This document shows, piece by piece, positions 23,092 to 35,600 of a stretch of 64,000 bases of DNA; within the stretch, counting starts at the first letter, position 1, and each line of letters opens with the position of its first letter. The notes below the pieces were generated by a model. It was not told the origin of the DNA, did no database searches, and was given only the letters and a program-made list of their open reading frames with translations. This DNA is from Paraspadella gotoi (taxonomy: Eukaryota > Animalia > Chaetognatha). The DNA lies in contig CM119271.1 of the NCBI GenBank assembly GCA_051294375.1, forward strand, positions 13,073,039 to 13,137,038, in the 5' to 3' direction. The position numbers and the translations under genes are program-made.

Positions 23092-23567
23092 TCTCTCCCT
23101 CACCTGCGTGGGCATCCATTCATGATATTTGAGATCGCAAGGACCGCATCGCTCGGGAATGATTGGTTCCCCAGTCGGAGGTTCGCACATGCAGGGATGT
23201 TTCTCGTCGCAGGGATGTAGTTCGGGGCAGCAGGTTTGCTCGGGGTAAGGTCCAGGAATTGTGCAGGGCGGGCACAGGTTGATTTCCTTCGTTGGAGGGG
23301 AACGAGAGAAGTGTGACAAGAAGGAATAAATACATATTCAAAATAAAAACTCCCTCCTAAAACGTCATGACGGTTTGACACAGTGATACAACACCTGCTT
23401 TTCTCCCTCGCACAGCGACTTACCCTTGGCTTTTCTCCCGCTTCGCACTTCTTGCATTTTTTTGGTCTGCAACCGCAGAGATGACAGACTCTCTTGCATT
23501 GCTCGCAATCGTAGTCGGGACAGGCAGACTGTTGAAGGCAAAACGGGGGAAGTTAAACTTTAAATCT

Positions 23568-23606
<39 letters not shown>

Positions 23607-26600
23607 CCCCCCCCAGACCTGCTCCGGCATGGGTCCATGCCTCAAACTGCAAGGGCGACACTTGAACTTCTCCTCAGGGTCAGGCTCTTTGGTCTTGTCG
23701 CATTTGCCTCGGTCGGGTGTGCACGGATCCCGGATCAAGTCGCAACGGATCACCTCCGGACAGAGGCTTTGCTTAGGATAGTAGCCTGGAAACGGTATTA
23801 ACAATTACAATCACGTAATGATGAGAATACATTTAAATTCCTCAACCACTAAGTTAATAAATCATTTAATTTATACATTTATTCATTTTAATTCCTCCCT
23901 CTCCTCCTCCCCTCCTCTTCCCCCTCACCCTTCCATTTTGCGCAAATGTTGAGTTCCTCAGCCTTTATCTGCTCCTTCCGGTTCTGGCGGTTTTTTCAAA
24001 AGACATTTCGGTCTTTGCAGGGACATTCTGCGGCGNNNNNNNNNNNNNNNNNNNNNNNNNNNNNNNNNNNNNNNNNNNNNNNNNNACATTTTGGGTCTTT
24101 GCAGGGACATTCTGGCGGCGGTCCCACTTTCATCTTTTCCAACTGAAACGGAGGGCAGAAATAGATCGGTCGGTCAGTCAGTAGGTCGTTTTCCTCTCTA
24201 TCTCAGCATTGCCCCAGNNNNNNNNNNNNNNNNNNNNNNNNNNNNNNNNNNNNNNNNNNNNNNNNNNNNNNNNNNNNNNNNNNNNNNNNNNNNNNNNNNN
24301 NNNNNNNNNNNNNNNNNNNNNNNNNNNNNNNNNNNNNNNNNNNNNNNNNNNNNNNNNNNNNNNNNNNNNNNNNNNNNNNNNNNNNNNNNNNNNNNNNNNN
24401 NNNNNNNNNNNNNNNNNNNNNNNNNNNNNNNNNNNNNNNNNNNNNNNNNNNNNNNNNNNNNNNNNNNNNNNNNNNNNNNNNNNNNNNNNNNNNNNNNNNN
24501 NNNNNNTCTCCACATCTTTGTAGGTCGGATACCGAAGTTCGCAGTCCATCGTCTTGTAGTCGTTGCTCTTGTAGTATCGAGCCGCTTGACGCTCTTCGAA
24601 CCTGTCTGCAACGGCCAAAGAAAAAGGGAGGGTTGGAGGGAAGCAAGCGTTTGCGACGGAAGGGGTGGAACAAGCAATGGTACCAAGCAGAGAGAAGTAC
24701 GCAAACTGACAACAGAAATGAAACTAACATTGCATAAAATAGAAGCAAAAAAAAGAAAAAAAGCAAGCTTGGTTACCCAAGGCAGATGAGAAAGGAAGAA
24801 GAAAGAAGAGAGAAGTTAGCAACCACTGACCACAGAAAAAAAATTTTGAAAATGAGAAACTAACCATGCATGAAAATAAAAAAAGCAAGAAGTTTTGGCT
24901 CTCTCTCCCTCATCTCTCTCTCTCTCATCTCTCTCTCCTCTCTGTCTCTCTCGTCTCTCTCTCCTCCTCTCTCTCTCACTCTTCTCTCTCTCTCTTCCTC
25001 CCCCCTCTCTCCCCCCANNNNNNNNNNNNNNNNNNNNNNNNNCCCCCAACTCACTCTTGTATCTCTTGTTCGGATCGATCATCTGATAATCGAAAGGCGC
25101 CCTCTTCGGACACAACGGGTCCGGACACGGGCAAGTCTCGGGCGGTGGATCGGGCAGGCAGGCGACCTGCTCCGGATAATCCCCGACGATGTCGCAGGGA
25201 CCCTTGGAGAAGACGCAGAGAATGTCGAAGATCTCCTCCTCCTCTAAACCCTCGGCCAAGAGTTCGTCAATCTTTCTCTGTCTCTTTTCCTTCAAGTCCT
25301 TCTCCTTTTCCTTCATCATCTTATCGATCTTCCACGCCTCGATCGCCGCCTCCACCGCCGCCGTCATGTTCTTCGTCTTCGAACTTCTGTACTCCATGTA
25401 CTTGGCGCACCTTTCCAACGCCTCCCGCTCTTCCGGGGTCAGGTGCTTCACGTCTTCTTCCAGGACGCAGGGGATCTTTTTAAGGAGGAGTCGTTGAATA
25501 TGAGATAGAATTCCTCAAACTCATTTGCATATAGTAGTAAATTATTTCGAGCCACGCTTTAATAGTTGTTGTTGATAATATTTTGATTTCGTATGGGAAA
25601 CGGTTTAAAGTTTCTCAGGTTTGTTAGTCTAATACAATTTTTTTAGTACGATGAAGCCTGAATATAGCTTTTTTTTATTTTTTGAAAAAACAAAGTTCAT
25701 AATATCTCAATAATCTCTAAAAAACTATTTCCCTTTTCCCTCTTAAATCTGAAAAATATAAAGTCTGTCAATTCGTTGAATTAAATCTCGTTTCGATAAT
25801 AGTTATGTTTCGATAATAGTTATGTTTTATTGATAATGAACCCCCGTGAATTAATCGAACCCCCTAAGACCGCCTACCTTCTCAAACCCCCCCCTCCCTT
25901 AGATCGACTCACATCCTCGTAGTCCCACTCGTACTCTTCCACGGATGCGCTCGATCCTTCAACCATCATCCCAGCGCATTCGACGTCGTCTTCCTTCTCT
26001 TCGCCACATTCCATCCCGTCCAATTCCTGGAGGAGGAGGAGGAGGAGGAGGTGGAAGAGGACGACATTTAAACATTCATTCATTCATGAATTCATAAACT
26101 CAATCATCCATCCATCCGTCCATCCGTCCGTCCATCCATCCANNNNNNNNNNNNNNNNNNNNNNNNNCGGAAGAGAGAGATTACCGCTACTCTCTCGCTC
26201 ATCGCTGCTCTCCGTGCGATGCAAGGAAGAAGCGGCGCTATACTCGTGCGCATGAGGCCATCCTTACAGGTTTGCGTGATGGATGTCTGCGCAGGTGGAT
26301 TCAATGAGGCTCTTGCCGGTCCGGCTCGCCTCAGAAAATGAGGTTCGAGTGCGCGGTAGCGGTTGATCGCATCTTGCCGCCTTTTTGTTCCGTCTGGTTC
26401 GCAGTGACTTAGTCGGCTGTCTAGTTGTTAGTATGCGGCGTCCCTTCCAAGGCGTGTCGTGCGCGAGGATCGCTGCGGCCTCAGATGTTAACTGTGTACG
26501 CTTTGGTTTGGCGCCCGGCGAGGGATCGTGATTCCGGGCGCTCAGCGTGCGTGTGTCTTCCGCGGGCCCACTGCTGGCGTCCACTCTGGCGAGTCCTCGC

Positions 26601-29600
26601 TCTTATTTTGGTTAAGTCAGAAAAGCCGGCCAGAGTGGGCGGTGTGGTCGCTGTCATTGCTCGACCTGGTCTAGCGGAGAAGCGTTCGCAGCGCATGCCA
26701 AACGTGCCGCTGGCCGGATCAGATGGCGGGATGCCGGTTGTCGTGTTTGCCCTGGCTACTGAGTAGCCGTTCGCTTCAAGCTGGCAAGTGACCTGATGTA
26801 AGTGTCTGCTTCCCCGCAGAAGATAGTCGGGAAACGGTGAAAGTGGCCGCTGTGCCCTGTGCGATAGATGATTGCGTCGAAACGCCTCTCCGTGCGCGTA
26901 CGGCCGGCCTTGGTTTTTGGCTGTTGTCGCCGCGACGCGCTCGCAGGTTTTAGGGCCTGGAGTTTCCGGCCCTTATTGGACGAGCCGGAGTCTTCGACAG
27001 CGGTCTCTTTCCAACGGTGCCGGGCTCTTCTTTTGGCCGGAAGGTCGCGCCTGTCGGAGTGTCGGTGCTGTCGTCTTGCCTTCAGGTGAACCTTTGGGAC
27101 GACGCGATGGTCTGTTTCGTATGGCGGAGCATGGCCCATCTCTGCCGTATAGACTGTTCTCTTGTGGGAGTTGTAGCGTCTCGATGTGGGGATGCGGAAG
27201 GCAGTTGCTAGCACGCTTGTCCGATCTGCCCGTCGGACGGGACAAGTCCATGCGCATCTTGGGGACTCGCTCAGTGGTTTTGCTTTCCGAAGTTTGTTTT
27301 CCCGTTTAGAAGATGATAGAGTGGAGGCTGGCGCGCGGCTGATGGTTTGGAACTTGTAAAGAGCTCGACTGCTCTGGTGTCCCCTCGCGCGGCTCGTTTA
27401 TTTCCGGATGGTAAGGAGCCAGCTCGTGGACGTTCAAGGTAATGGAATGTTGTTTCGATCGATGGACTGATTTGGGGTGGTCCTGTGCCGTATAATCGCT
27501 TGCGAGAGTGCTTGATCTCCATCGTCCTGCCGATGCTAGGCTAACGAGGATTCGATCGGGGTAAATTTTGCCGTGCTGTCGATTTGGAAGGGCCCGCTGC
27601 CGTACTGCAGTACATGTCGCTTTGCCGATTCGGCTGTGCCTGCTTCTGATTTCGGTTCCTTTGGCTTGTCGAACCAGATGATCGACGGAGCCCCTTTAGT
27701 TGGCAGTGGCTTTCCAGCCCACTATGTGATTGCGAGTGCCTTTTTGTATTTAGGCGGTCTAGTCTTGATTCCTTGAGGTTGTCCGTTGGCGGACGATGTG
27801 GTCGACGAGTCCGAACTGCGTGGAAGTGGCGGTGTAGTGGGTGTGGGTCAAATGTGCGGCTCCGGTCCGAGTACGAAAATGTATTGCGTATTTCATTCGC
27901 TCGGTCTTGCGTGGAGGAATCGCTTTGTGGGCCAACTTGAGCTGGCGCGATAGTCGTTCTGCGTGTGCAGTGGGCCTGTTCAGTTCTGTGGCCTTTCGAT
28001 GGCGGCGGCGTTCCTATTTGGCATGTACCTGCTGCTACGTGCTGCCTGGTTTGTTCGAATGTGATGTCCGATTCGAGACGTTTCTATCGTGGTCTACAAG
28101 TCGGAGGAAGGGATCTCGGAGCGGGCGTTGTTCCTGCCCGTCACTGACGCCGGCGATGGAGGTAAGCTTGGCGGTGGATCGCATGCCGGCTCTCGTCTCA
28201 GACCGGAAGTTGCTGTCCTGCCGATTCTGGACACCTCCTCGGAGGTCTGCAAGCTGGTTAGGTGACGACGGAGTGCTTGCGTTCTGGCAGGGATTGGGGG
28301 TTTCTCCATCAGGGGCCAGACTAGTCGAGGTGGAGCCTTGGTTCGTACGTGTGGTATGCTCCCGTGCGTCCGATTTCATGTTGAAGTTTTCACAGTTCTA
28401 AGGATCTTCCTCCAAGCGATTCGGTAGCTTATCCTTCCAGGGCGGACGCGGGTCCTTGAGAATGACGGGAGTCAGCCGTCGTGTCTCTCTTATCCTGCCT
28501 TCGTCGGGGCTAGCAGGTCAGGATGTCGAATTCTTGCTTCGGTAGGAGATGTCTCATCACGTCTGAGGCGTCGAGGGGTGGCCGGCAAGGTGGCGGACTG
28601 GGAACTTCGCTTTCCGAGAGTGCTCACCTTTCACGATGGGTCGACATTTTTCGGTCTTGCTTCCCAGCATGCGATCTTTCGTCAGACTGCCCCGGATCGG
28701 TCTCATAGTCCAAGTTTTTTCGCCTGGGAGGCGAAGCGCCTGGATGCGGAGGGATAGACGGCCGTTTTGGTCTGCAGACGCCGGAGTCTTCGTACTCTGT
28801 GCCTAGTCTTTTCCCTCCCCCTCTTCTGCTGATGGTTGGTGGTCCGCGTAAGGGTTTGGAGAAGGCGGAGGGCACTGCTCTCTCCTGATGCATCCCCGTT
28901 TGGCCGGCTGCAGTGAAGTGGTTCGGCAGGAGCCCGCCTTTGTGCCGTTCGGATTTCTGGGATCGACGATGGGCGCTTGCCGGCGGTCCGAAGTAAGCTC
29001 GTGTTCGTCGACCGTCTGTGTCTCGGGCTATCTCGCGCACCGCTAAGCGGGATGCTCGTTCAAGGTGATGTCGGTGTCTGGATGGGAGTTCTATGATAAG
29101 GTTGTTCGGGTGCCACTGGATGTCGGTCTCCGGAGGCATCGACGACTCCAGCGCTTCTCACCCGTCTATTCTGTTCGAGCAGCGTTGGAGAGGCTTCTAC
29201 GCAAGTAGCGCTTAGCGTGCCAGGAGCTTGGAGCTGTCTTCTGTGCAACTTCCTTCTAGGGATATGTAGAGGGTTCGATGGATGCTTCAGAGCTCCTCTA
29301 GATGGATGTTGCTATCGGATATCTCGGTTTCTGTGTTCGAGAATGGGCGTCTGTCGTGGACTTAGCACTAATCAACGTTGTCGCAGTTATCGGCCATCTT
29401 CAAACTCTCCCCCGCTCTGGCGTGAGCGTGCGCGGGTTGGAGAGCATGATCTTGATCCGGCGGCCGTTCTCAAAGGTAGTTTTTAGAGTAGACGCGCCTC
29501 TCTATCTACTGTCGGCTTCGCTGTCCACCGAGCGTGGAGAGTGCGGACTTTCGGTCTGTGTACGCATTTTCTCCGGACTCGGCGTCGGAACTGTTCCGTA

Positions 29601-32600
29601 TCTGGCGCCGAGGGATTGCTTCTGAAATGGACGCTCGGCGTTATCTTGTGCTCGGTTGCGTCTTATGGCGGTCAAGCGTCCGTCCTTGTGTTTAGCCTCT
29701 TCATAGATATCGTCTCGTCTGTCATTGTTGCGTAACGGGCGGGCGTATGCCTATCATTGTGGCGGATGCACTGTTCGTTTCTGGTTTCATCGGACGGGCT
29801 GATCTCTGAGATGACGGACGAGGGTCGACACTATGGGGTTCCGGCGTTTTGTCTGGTTTCAGCTGGCCGACTGTTCTGTGAACACGCTGGCCGCGTGTCA
29901 GAGCGCTGCTGGCCTTGTTGGCTCTCAGTCCGTTTCGGGATTGGTGGCGGCCGCCACCAGAGTATTTTCTTTTCTGCTGCGCTGCGTCCGCGTCGAGTTC
30001 GCGCTGTTTCGTCATCTTTTCGAAGCGCAGTTTAGCGTATCGCCGTCCTCTCTATATGAGCCCTTTCTTGGAGGCGGAGCGTGATTCCGTGTGCTCTCCG
30101 GGGTCGATCCGGCCGCTTAATTGTGCGGGTCGTCTTGACTCGCTTTGCCGCTGCGGAGTAGGAGGCTCGGGCGGTCATGTCCTTTGCTCTGTCAATCCTG
30201 TTGCGCGTCGGAATCGTCTTGTGGCGCTGCGGGTAGTATTTTGTGGTGTCTGGCCGCTGGCAGGGACCTCTGCTATTGCCGTTTTGCTATCTGGCTAGGT
30301 GGACGGTCGGGCTGTGGATGCGTCCGCCTTCTGTCCGTGTGTAGTTTGTTTCTAGGGACGATGTGAGTGCTTTCGTGAATTCCCGATGGATTGAGGGTAG
30401 GGAGCTCGGCCTTGGGATTTGCGCAGGGCTCTTCCATTGGTAGAGGCCAGGTCTACATGGTGGAGCTGGTCTTCTCCCCTGGGATTTTTCCCGTTTTTTC
30501 ATCTATCGATGTGTTGTTATGTTGTTCCCGTTTTTCTTACTCGATAAACGCTGCGGATCTATTTCGTATCTAGCGCGGAACAAATAGGGCATTTCTGGTT
30601 GGCGTAGGGGTGAGCCGATAATTAGAATTGTATATATTTCCATTAGAAGGGATGATTAAATAGATTTTCAATGCTATTGAGTGATTTCAATGATGTCTGT
30701 TTTGTTGTCGTGCTATTGTTGATTCCGCTTGGTGATGTCGTCTTATTGTTTTCAATTCATGTCCTTCGCTTCCCTCACTCATTCCCGGAGCTTACTGCCT
30801 TGTCTCCTGTTAGTTCATGCCCCTGGACAGGTGCTTCAATGTCCATGCTCCCCCGATGTGCCAATTAAGGGCGAGCTTTGCTGCACCTCCGCCTTGTGTG
30901 AGTTGCGCCTGCAAATGACTGTCTCTGGCCGATAGAAGTTGGAAGCCTAAGGGCCAATGTTTCTGACGGACGTGTGTGTCAGGCCGAATAATTTGATATA
31001 TTAAGTGATAAGTAAATGAATGATAGTAAGTTTAGAAGTTAATGATATAGATAATAGGATATGAATATAATAATATATAATAATAATTAGATATATAATA
31101 ATAGTAGTCGGCATTTTGTTCTAGTATGTTTTCATTGTATCTCCTCAGTCTGTGACATCGTAGCTCATTGATAGAAGCTCGATGACCCACTGAGGTATCC
31201 GAAGAAGCTGGTGGAGGAGCCGTATAGACTGCGCCGTTTGGGGGCGGGTGGGATTAAATCCCCTTCATGAGTGCCATGTGGTTTTGCCAATGCCTGAGGG
31301 ATCCCGTGTCCAAGTGGCGTGCTGAGGTTGTGGAATACAGGAAAGGAAGGTATAGTAGGTCTTCAGTCGGCACTTAGCCGCCTTGTATCTGTGCACCGTA
31401 TATAATATATAGTTGGAGTTATATAATTTAATAATGAGTAATTGAATGTATAATAAATATTATATATTATAGCTGGGTCTAAATATAGGTGTTAAATTAA
31501 TAACAGATAAGTTAGAATTTTCCTTCGCATTCGCGCCTATCGTCAATCTTTTCTAAGTTCCCTGTTAGAACGCGCCACGCCTTCCCCCCTTCCATCAAGA
31601 GGCTTGGTGATCTGACTCACGGAAAGTGCCGCCGCCCCGAATCCAGTCGGCCCTTGGGGTTGTTGCCTGTTTGCGCGGCGAGACCGGATTGACTTGGTCA
31701 AGAAGAAGGAAGGTCTGGGCAATCGGCACGGCCAGCTTATTTTGGAAAGAGAAATGGGGCGTTTGCGAATGGAGCAAAGGTTTAAGTGTGAAACATGTGT
31801 GGAGTTGCGTCAAATGTATAGATGCTGTCAATAATTCATATGTATTTTAAAGAAGTAATAAGAAGTATGAAGGTATAGTCAATAGTAATAATAGAAATAG
31901 TAGCATATAATAATGATGAGAAAGAAAAATTACATATCACGATTCAGAACCGATGGCAGCTCAAAGTGCTGCGAGAAAAAACCGTGAAGAAGACCAGAAC
32001 CCCGATGCACTGTAATGTGGCTACTATGACGTCGCGGAAGAGCTGAAAGAGGTCGGAGAGAGATGATAGATGAGAGAGAAGCGGGCGTTTTAGATCTCCC
32101 TCCTGTTTCTGAACTATGAACATTTATTTAGATTAATTATTATTGAGGTGAGTTAATGTTTATTATAAGTTATTTTTTTTTAAAGTGTCCTACTCGTGAA
32201 CTTTTCCTGTATCAAGGACATCAGATAACGGTAATAGTAAGTTGTGTAAGCAGAAAGTGAATGTTGCTAAATGTTTTATTTCCTTAACGAGGATTCCATT
32301 TAATCGTTTCCATCCGATTCCATCTCGAATTTTCCGTGCCTCCTGCCCCGTCAGCGATGATTGAAATAATTACCCTCGCAGGATTGACAAAGCCGACGTA
32401 TAAGGTACCGTGTCGTATGCGGCTGGATAATCTGAGCGACGACGAACGACGACGTAAACGGCTTGATACTATCTTTCAGAAATCCTTGGGTGTTGATAAT
32501 TTTTGGACCGCGACATGATCAACAGACACAATCAAAGAATCATTCTTCGACGGTGCGCGTCAGGCGGACTATGGCCGATTTCAAGAGCGATTGTCCGGAG

Positions 32601-35600
32601 GGCGGAGTGACCAGACTTTTGCGACAGGTCGTCCGAGCGGGAGCGAAGATACTGGTCCGTGGCGCGGTATATTTTTGTCCGGAAAGTGAAGTCCGGGTCG
32701 GTCTCTCGGGCTACGTGTCAAGTTCCTCTATCCGCGCATGTCAGGGACATTAGATGGAGTACGTTACGAGGAGCGGGTTGTTCCGAAGTCAGGACGCAGT
32801 TGACTGAAGTGTTGTGTTCTGCCAAGCGGCGGGTAGGTGAAAGATGATGTGTTTCGGGTAGGGGTGGGTGTAAGAGAAATGGTGAGAGTTCTTTGAGGAG
32901 AGTTGGTGTGAGTTGTAGGGGTGTGATCAAGTGCAATTGACGGATGTTGTGAAGAGTGACAGGATGTATTATCTTTTTAGTTGAAAATATTTCACTATCG
33001 AGCAAGAGATGAAGTTATTAAGACTTAGTAAGATTATTTAGGTTTGTAGAGCGAGTAGTATGTATGTATGAGGACGAATGCACGATGTAATGGACGAGAG
33101 AGAGAGAGAGATCTGCTAATGACGAGAGAGTCAGAGAGATGATGAGCATGAGAGAGATCTATGCAGAGATATGAGCAGGCTATACCAAATCTAACACGTA
33201 ACTGCAGTCGTACTACAACTCTACACTCGACCGAACTTTCACGGTTCGATGTGATGCAGTATAGCAAGTCTCCTGTTCGTTCTGCTATAAATCGCTGAAT
33301 GTGATTCGCCGTGTGTCTCTTGCAAGAATGCTTCGGAAGCTACACACTGAGCTATTGACGCTCGTCGTCTCGATCGCGCTACGAGACAGAGAGTGAATCA
33401 GATCTTGGGTAGCATATTGTAGCACTAGACTGCATCTCCGTGAGATGAGACGATGATGTGATCAAAATGTATTGAGAGAGTAGGATGGACATCGGATTGT
33501 GACTAGGTCTATATTACAGTGATGGATGGAGTGGATGCGACTCCGTATAGGCGTTGCAGGTATTGAATGTATGAATGGATTGGATGGTGAGTCTGATGGA
33601 TGGAATGTGGATGGATGGATGAATGAGATTAGATGGATGGATAGATGATAGATTGGATGGATGAATAGGATGGATGGATGATTGGATTGAATGAAATGAA
33701 TAGATGGATGGATGGTAGTGGAGGAATGATGGAGGGATGGATTGAATTGATGTGATCCCATCCATCCATCCATCCACCCATCCATCCATCCATCCATCTC
33801 TCTCTCACCGGATCGTCTATCTCTTCACCCCAAGCGTTTCCGCTGCAATCGCACGAGTCAAACTCTTTGTCTTCCAATTCTTTGCAAGGACACCACGGAA
33901 TCACTTCGCATTTAAGCGGACGAAGGATTTCTTTGCATTTCACCTAAAAGTCGGGAGGTTAGAGTTGTCGTCGTCGTCGNNNNNNNNNNNNNNNNNNNNN
34001 NNNNNNNNNNNNNNNNNNNNNNNNNNNNNNNNNNNNNNNNNNNNNNNNNNNNNNNNNNNNNNNNNNNNNNNNNNNNNNNNNNNNNNNNNNNNNNNNNNNN
34101 NNNNNNNNNNNNNNNNNNNNNNNNNNNNNNNNNNNNNNNNNNNNNNNNNNNNNNNNNNNNNNNNNNNNNNNNNNNNNNNNNNNNNNNNNCTCGCCGTTGG
34201 GCAGAACCCAACACTCGTACTGCGTCTGATCCGGACACCCGTCCTCGTCGTACTTCATCTTGTCCCTGGGCGGATAGAGGAACTTGAAGTAGCCCGGACC
34301 GCCCGGCTTGTTCGGACAAAACTGATCCGCGCACGGACAGATCTTCGGCTCCCGCGGACCGATGTCGCAAAAGTCTGGTTCCTCCGCCTCCGGACAATCG
34401 CTTTGGATGGCCATGTCGCCTGAGGCCGACGTGAGATGATTTTTTTTGGTTGTTGTTGTTGTCGGGTCCAAGAAATTATCAACCCCAAGGATTTTGAAAG
34501 TTAGCGTCGTCGTCGTCGTCGTCGTCGTCGTTTCGTAGACAGTCTTTACGTCGGTTTGTCAATCCTGCGGGTAATATTTATCATCGCTGAGGGGGGGGNN
34601 NNNNNNNNNNNNNNNNNNNNNNNNNNNNNNNNNNNNNNNNNNNNNNNNNNNNNNNNNNNNNNNNNNNNNNNNNNNNNNNNNNNNNNNNNNNNNNNNNNNN
34701 NNNNNNNNNNNNNNNNNNNNNNNNNNNNNNNNNNNNNNNNNNNNNNNNNNNNNNNNNNNNNNNNNNNNNNNNNNNNNNNNNNNNNNNNNNNNNNNNNNNN
34801 NNNNNNNNNNNNNNNNNNNNNNNNNNNNNNNNNNNNNNNNNNNNNNNNNNNNNNNNNNNNNNNNNNNNNNNNNNNNNNNNNNNNNNNNNNNNNNNNNNNN
34901 NNNNNNNNNNNNNNNNNNNNNNNNNNNNNNNNGATCGTTTGATCAGGAAAAGGAGAAGGACACTTAAAAAAATACTTGATAATAAAATTAACTTAATACA
35001 ATATTAATTAAAATAAATGTTAATGTTAGAAAGGAGGAGATCTACGCCCGTCTCTCTCTCTATCTCTCTCTCTCTCGCTCTCGCGACGTGGACCCAATTA
35101 CGTGATCGGGTTCTGGTTCTTCTTCAGGTTTTTTCTCGCAGCCACTTTGAGCTGCCATCGGTTCTGAATGTGTTGTAATTTTTTTTTCATCATTTATTAT
35201 TGCTACTATTCTATTATTACTATTGTATACCTTCTACTTCTTTTACTTCTTTTTAAAATACATATTGATTATTGAGCTATACTTTGACGCCTCACAATGT
35301 TTCACATTACCTTTGCTCCATTCGCAAACGCCCCATTTCTTTGGCGGTGGATTGCAGACTTTCTTCTTGCAGTCATCGTCGCCGCAAGGACAACCAAGGG
35401 CGAGGTCGGGCGGCGGCTTCGTGACGTCGATCACAGCCTCTGATGGAGGGGGGGGGGAAGGCGTGGTTAAAGGGGTAGAAAAGTGAAGGTGGGATGGAGG
35501 AAAAATTTATTTATTGTTTTTAATTAAAACTATTGACAGTATTATTATTTTATTAATATTATTATCATTATTATTATTATCAATATTATTATTTAGTGGA

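Noticed and set aside
26264-30573. Many short overlapping ORFs suggesting horizontally transferred or bacterial genes
   Set aside because: No coherent products. High GC and heavy indel noise explain the ORFs, and the residual motifs indicate retrotransposon pol.
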